From the NCBI GenBank assembly GCA_002269645.1, contig NIVC01001044.1, forward strand, positions 34,641 through 98,640: a stretch of 64,000 nt of DNA, in the 5' to 3' direction. The translations under genes and the position numbers were made by a program. Position 1 is the first letter of the stretch, and the number at the start of each line of letters is the position of its first letter. This document shows positions 58,701 to 64,000 of this stretch, one piece after another. The DNA comes from Macrostomum lignano (taxonomy: Eukaryota). The notes under the pieces are model-generated. The model was not told the origin of the DNA. It saw only the letters and a list, made by a program, of their open reading frames with translations, and ran no database searches.

Positions 58701-61700
58701 TCATCCTCAGCTGCATCCCGTCGAGTCCGTCGTTTTGCTGCATTTACTCCAGTCAGTTGCTGACTTCGTGCCACCTGCAGCTCGATGGTTGCTCTGCCGA
58801 TTGGCGAGATCGCAAAGGTGGTGCCGAATTCGCGAATTCTTCGAGTCAAGAGGCGTCCTGTTCGGTGTTTAGTCCATTCTGGGTGCACGATGTACGGCTT
58901 GTAGTGAGACGCAGCCGATGAGTCATAGTCAGCCTTTGTTCGCTCGTCAGTGAGCTTCTCAAAGTACAGTGAGGTCCCGTTGGGATAGCTGCCAATGACT
59001 TTGACTTCGGGCATGTCGAGGCGGTCTGCATCTCTGAACTCCACCGGCAAGGCCTGTGTCTTCAGACTGGAGATTTGAAGCACAAGGGACTCATCAGGAA
59101 CGATCGTCTGCTTGCTGAGCGTTCGGTTCGCGCATACGTAAGCCTTGGTGCAGGCGTGGAGCTTGATATAGATGGTCCTGAAGTTTAGAGAATATTATTT
59201 TTTACAGTGAAATCAAACTTAATGACTGTGTTGATGAGTAAGTAGTTCAGGCGTAATGACAAGTCTGTAAAGGCAAGTTTATTAATTATTAATCGACTCA
59301 CTTTCCCGGCTCCAAGAAAAATCGGTTCCGCAACGATTCAACGGATGAGTTTCGGTTGAGACTCCTAAGGGTTATATTTTCGTCTGAGCCATCAAAATCG
59401 TTCCACTGAATAGTGTTATTTCGAATTTGAACGGTCACACCCGCGTCCGACTCGTTCATCTTTGGCGCAGGAATACACGGTAGAATGTCGTCGAGCCGGT
59501 CTTCTGCGCTGCTGATGCAGAACTCTAAAAATGCGAAACCAACAGTGTCAACTGTATGCCATCATAAATTATTTAAATTGCTTGATTAAATTTTATGTCA
59601 AATAGAGAAAAAGTACAACAACTCTAAGTTTGGGTTTGAAGGTTACCATAGTACTCGACGCTCTTATCAAGATTAAACCGAAGTGTTGCCCCAACTACAC
59701 TCTGATCGGTTTGCATCTTGGCATCCGGTGGAGACACTTCGAAGTCGAAGTCTTTAACGCCAACCAGGCTAGCGTTGATGTTGCCAAGTTCCGGTGGGTC
59801 GGTCATCACGGTCAGTCCGATCTTGTCGTAGTACGTTGTCGCGAGTCCTGCGTTATTTACAGATCGCACGCTGACGAAATACTTGCGGCCGTTAGTCAAC
59901 ACAAGCTGCGAGTTTGTGCCCGAAGGTAGCGCACCGACAGATGTCCAGGGCTGCAAGTCTGTGCCTTTTGGTGCACTGCCGATCGCCCAGAAATGTTCCT
60001 ACAATTGAGGTAATTATGATCGGTACGTTTTCAACATCGCACCTGCTAAGTTTCGTTATTCAGAGCAGCTTACCATGATCAAGGACTCATTGTCGCTTAT
60101 GATCCAAACTGCCCGAATTTCTGTAGTCGAGGCCGTGTAGTTTGTCGGCGCATACGGGTATGGAGCGGTGGGGTCATTATAGAATAGAGGTGCTTCATTG
60201 TCCACCTCAGGCGGTGTTGTATCAACAAGCTGCCCGGTGCTCAGAGACACAGCAGACTGACCATTTGCAAGTGTTGCTTTGACTAAAATATAAATGAAGT
60301 AAGGGGATCATTATTGAACTTAATAGCTCGTAATTGTATGCTTAAAAATTGAAAAGCAAAACTCACCCCCAAATTGGTATGTTTCGCCATCTTTCAATTT
60401 CAGCCCAGCTAGCATCAGTCGCACCTCTGTGAAGCCATTGTCTCTGCACTTGGGGTCGCAGTGCAGATAGTCGCAGTCGTGCAAGCAAGGTATGCAGGGC
60501 TTGTACAGAACCTGCCAGTCGGACACCTGAGTCTCATTCCAGAACACTGCGCCGCTGTAGGCAACGATGGGATTCGTGCCCGCAACGAAGGCGTTGCCGT
60601 AGCGACACTTCTCACTGGTTGGCTGGGGCAACCGCAGGTCCCTCAGCTTCACCACCGAGCGCCAGCGATCGAGCACGTTGTCCGGATCGAGCGGCGGCAC
60701 GAAGTTGGCCTTGGTGTGGGCTAGCAGGGTGACCCGAGCCTGCGGAATACTAGGCAGACCAGACACCACACCAAGCATAGCGCCATCAACCTCAACTCTG
60801 GCGGTCCATTCTCTATAGCCAGTGTCCTGGGCTATGCTAAAAAAGTGCAAAGTGTAGTTGTGAAACTCCGCGCTGGGATCAAAGTCGAGCGAAATCAGCT
60901 CACGGACAGCCGGAAATGAGTTGTTGTCGTGAGTGCACCAGAGCAGAATAGCGGGACTGTCGGCTGGCTCGTATAGAATCTGTAATCCGCAGGCAGAGTG
61001 GATTCGGTTGATTTCATCAAAATCGCCTTGCAGAGTATCATCCGGCAGAGGCAGAGCATTCTCAATCAGCTTTGAGCCTGGGGCTCGTGTTGGTCTCGGG
61101 GTTGGTGGCGGCTGGCTGAGGTCCCTGCTCATATTTACCCTTAGGTAGTCCAAAAATTCCGGAGAGCATCCTTCGCAAAGATCGCTGCAGTTCGGAAATC
61201 GAATGGGGTCAGGGAAGACGCAGCAACTGCAGGTGTATTGAGACCAGTCTTCTTCAGGAACATAGTCGATGTCTCCAACTACGCCAGATGGGCCATTCCA
61301 CAAAACCAGGCTGGTAACCACGCGACTGGAATTCGCCACCTGAGCTTTGAAGCTGTAGGAGGCACCAATGCCCAGATGTGAGTCCGCTTGTATGGCTCCA
61401 GATAGCACTCTTGCTGATGATAGATCGCGCTCCAGGTGCAGGTCCCAATCAGCACCACCTTGACCAATTGGCGACGCCAAGTCATGGCGGAACCGCAAGC
61501 TCCACCACTCGTCCACATTCCAGAGCCCGGCTGTGTTAAGAGTTTGCCACTCAGTTCTACTGGGACTTCTGAGCGGGCAAGGATCAGCTGATGCCTTGGG
61601 AAGTGCAGCAGCGTTGCGCGGAGGGAGTCAGACCTGCCGGAGTATTCTGCGTCCTCTGTAAAGTTCGAACCATCCGTGACGAAGCCCGCTGTTGGCATAG

Positions 61701-64000
61701 ATATGTCCAGTAGGATTGGAGTTGTGCGGTGTCGTGTTATGAGCTCGGCTCGATTTTCAGCCTCAATTGTTACAATATAGGAACTCCAGGTTGCAGATCC
61801 AGATCTCGGAAGGTCACTTCGCTGATGGAAGCGGTGTCGTTGATTTTGACAGATGCTTCCAGCCCAGTGATATCAGCGACCGCCGTGAGGTTCTTCAACT
61901 CGGATGGTGCACAGCCCTTTGCTCTCCAAAGTTGCAGCTTGATGTGCGACAGACCTGAATCTGAGTCTTCGAAGCCTCGCCACTTGACATGCAGTGCGCC
62001 AGCCTCCAGAGAGAATGACAGTTTCTGAAAAGAGGGACTTAATACAGCCATCAGATGGTTTGACTGGAAATCAATTTAAGTTTGAGCTTACCATGTCGTA
62101 GAATGGACCAGCAGTGACTTCTCCCTTAGACGGCGGATTGTTGTCAAACATGAAGCTGGCGACTGTTCCGTTGCATTCTCCGGCCTCGTCCAAACCAATC
62201 ACCATTGCGTAAAGAGTTTCCGCCTGCTCCAGCTCTAGATCTGTCAGCTTCACCATTGTGTCTGTGCTCACCGAGCTTAGAGGATTCACGTTGAATGTGA
62301 AATTATACAGCTCCCCTGTGCTATCTTTGTCGTACAGCTAAAAGATGAAGTTATTTTAGTTTGAGTATAAGTATAATATTTAATAAAATTTGTGTATAAT
62401 TCGCATGTACTTGTAATACGGACACTGAATTGCTTCTTGCACTCACAATTTCTTTGCAATCAAAATCAGATGGAATCGGCATATTTGAAATTCCTGTAAA
62501 GTAAGACACAATGTCCAGTTCCTGCTTTTCATTTAGAGCGGATGTAAACTTGTCCCATGAGTATCGCAGGTTGTAGTGTTCGGAATTTGATTCGGAAACT
62601 TCTGCCGCATTCGCAGTGCTGACAAACCGTGGGATATTGATATCCGCCTCTGAAATAAAAATATTTTGATTTACTATAAACTGCTATAGCAGCAAATAGT
62701 TTTGATAAATGAATTGTTACAAACTTACTGAACACAGTCGAGTCATAGCCCACTCTTATACCAGACGAAGTTACTTCGGCTGTAGCGAATCCTTTTGAGT
62801 AGGCGCGAACTGTGGCATAGTAGATTCCCTTGATGGGTACGAGGTCCAGATCGTAAGCAGTAAAGGTCTTGTTCTGGCCCACATTAACAAACGGCAGTAC
62901 GTTGTCTCTGGTCTTGGGATAGCGCCGGTCTGTTCCGAAAGCGACTTCATAGTAATCAATAACCTGCCTCTGCCCGAGCTTGTCCACCGAATTCGAGCCT
63001 CCATTAGGATTAATCAGTATGGTATCGTTTCCGAAACCCATCCAGTTGCAGGAGAGCTGCGTGTAGGACTTCTGCTTGTGGAGGTCGATTCCTGCAATGG
63101 AGCCATCAAAGACGTGGCCTGGAATGATGGGCTCAAGGCGGATCACTACGCCGGATGAACGGACAGTGATGATGTGACCTAGAGCAGTCGTGCCACTGAC
63201 AATGGCAAAGTACGTCTCTCCGTTCTGCAAATTCAGTCCTGTGTGGCTGCCTCTTGTAAGCGCTGAAAATTGACAAACCGGAAAGATAGTTTTACTGCTT
63301 CCCTGGGAATCGAAGCAGGCAGTAAAAATGAGCAAAAATAATAAATTGGAAAAGAGAATAAAATTAATAATTGGAAATGGCAGCTTAATACGAGCGCACA
63401 AGCAATAACTTTTGCAGGAGGATTTGCGGAAACCCCAGCGCAACGTCTTTGGTGACATTGTCTCACTAAATTCACCTGCTGCCAGCTTTTGTGCACAAGC
63501 CTCAAATTAATGTGGCCGCGCAAATCGAACCGGGGGCGTGATGCGAGAGTCAAACGTGTTTATGGCTGAATTGCTCTGCCCTGAGATGACAACTTACTCC
63601 CAACACTCGTGAAGTTCTGCACAACTAGGCCGTCAAGGCGCTCAAAGTAGAGCTGGTAATCAATAACTGGACATGGCTCGCCGCTGAAATCCCACCAGGC
63701 ACTCAGCTGCTCCACGCTTGTTTGGAAGTCCCTGAAAATCAAGATTGATTTTAAACAAATGCTTCATCTTTAAGTTGCGCATATTTGGCATTCTAATGCA
63801 CAAATAAAAATTCAATTTCCTTACATGTCCTTCCCCACGTGGTCACCATCGTTTATCGTGATGGGCTGATGAAATCCGAGGTCAGAACCTACTCTGCTGA
63901 TGAAGACACCGCTGGAGATGACAGTGGAAAAGTGCTCAGCTCCGTTGTAGCCCTTCAGCACCGCGAACAGTCTCTTGTAAATGTCCAGTCGAATTCCAGT
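55769..64000 (-). CDS. 3' part (>1900 aa, 14 exons) of a giant type-I membrane protein: FN3/Ig-like repeats, cadherin-like module, two EGF-like domains, TM, acidic cytoplasmic tail; 5' end outside the window
   Basis: Exons 64000-63825, 63731-63598, 63262-62729, 62649-62447, 62337-62092, 62024-60367 (two -1 shifts), 60282-60074, 59998-59647, 59524-59302, 59177-58669, 58222-58043, 57890-57577, 57485-56818, 56072-55769, all GT-AG and phase-compatible. Repeated W-x-GF-x-D-x-x-SG, DTTPP, YYATVRAY and YFVSVRSVN motifs; LLAVDPEDDPVVW...GLLVYRP; C-rich EGF; TM WLVPTLIALGVALVLAGAIIGAVML. Confidence 0.85.
56169..56410. repeat. 34-bp minisatellite (actttctaatcgtcaggcatgtacaccctgtgta), ~7 copies, in the last intron of the giant gene
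   Basis: Directly visible. Confidence 0.95.
58337..58570 (+). mobile_element. tRNA-derived SINE with CORE-like central domain, antisense in an intron
   Basis: A box TAGCCCAATGG, degenerate B box GGTTCGCTTCC, then tgtgtccttgagccagacacttaac...cttcagttcacccagctgtaaaatgg, which resembles the recalled MIR/CORE-SINE core (TGTGACCTTGGGCAAGTTACTTAAC...CTCAGTTTCCTCATCTGTAAAATGG). Confidence 0.75.

Overview
Eukaryotic (animal) genomic DNA with GT-AG spliceosomal introns, GC-rich exons and introns filled with mini- and microsatellites. This style suggests a free-living flatworm such as Macrostomum, but that is inference only. Host genes: PRPF40A/Prp40 (-) and WDR34/DYNC2I2 (-); two convergent paralogous 3-exon secreted PAN/Apple + beta-sandwich genes; an orphan WSC-domain exon; an almost intronless ankyrin-repeat TRP channel (+); a 4-TM protein (+); and the 3' 14 exons of a giant FN3/Ig-like-repeat, EGF, single-pass membrane protein (-, continues past the window end). 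Centrepiece: a very young 9.0-kb Ty3/Gypsy LTR retrotransposon (21162-30204, 649-bp near-identical LTRs, ATTT target-site duplication, tRNA-Gln-type PBS). Its Gag-Pol carries a cold-shock domain between the zinc knuckle and protease, an intron-like break in gag, a QT-motif-rich RNaseH-integrase linker and an antisense ORF. Also present: a three-tier nest (TIR element > solo LTR > solo LTR), MITEs, a CORE-like tRNA-SINE and dispersed over-represented short palindromic motifs. Seven apparent -1 frameshifts, nearly all in short mononucleotide runs, point to long-read consensus errors rather than pseudogenes. All calls were made by eye without database searches.
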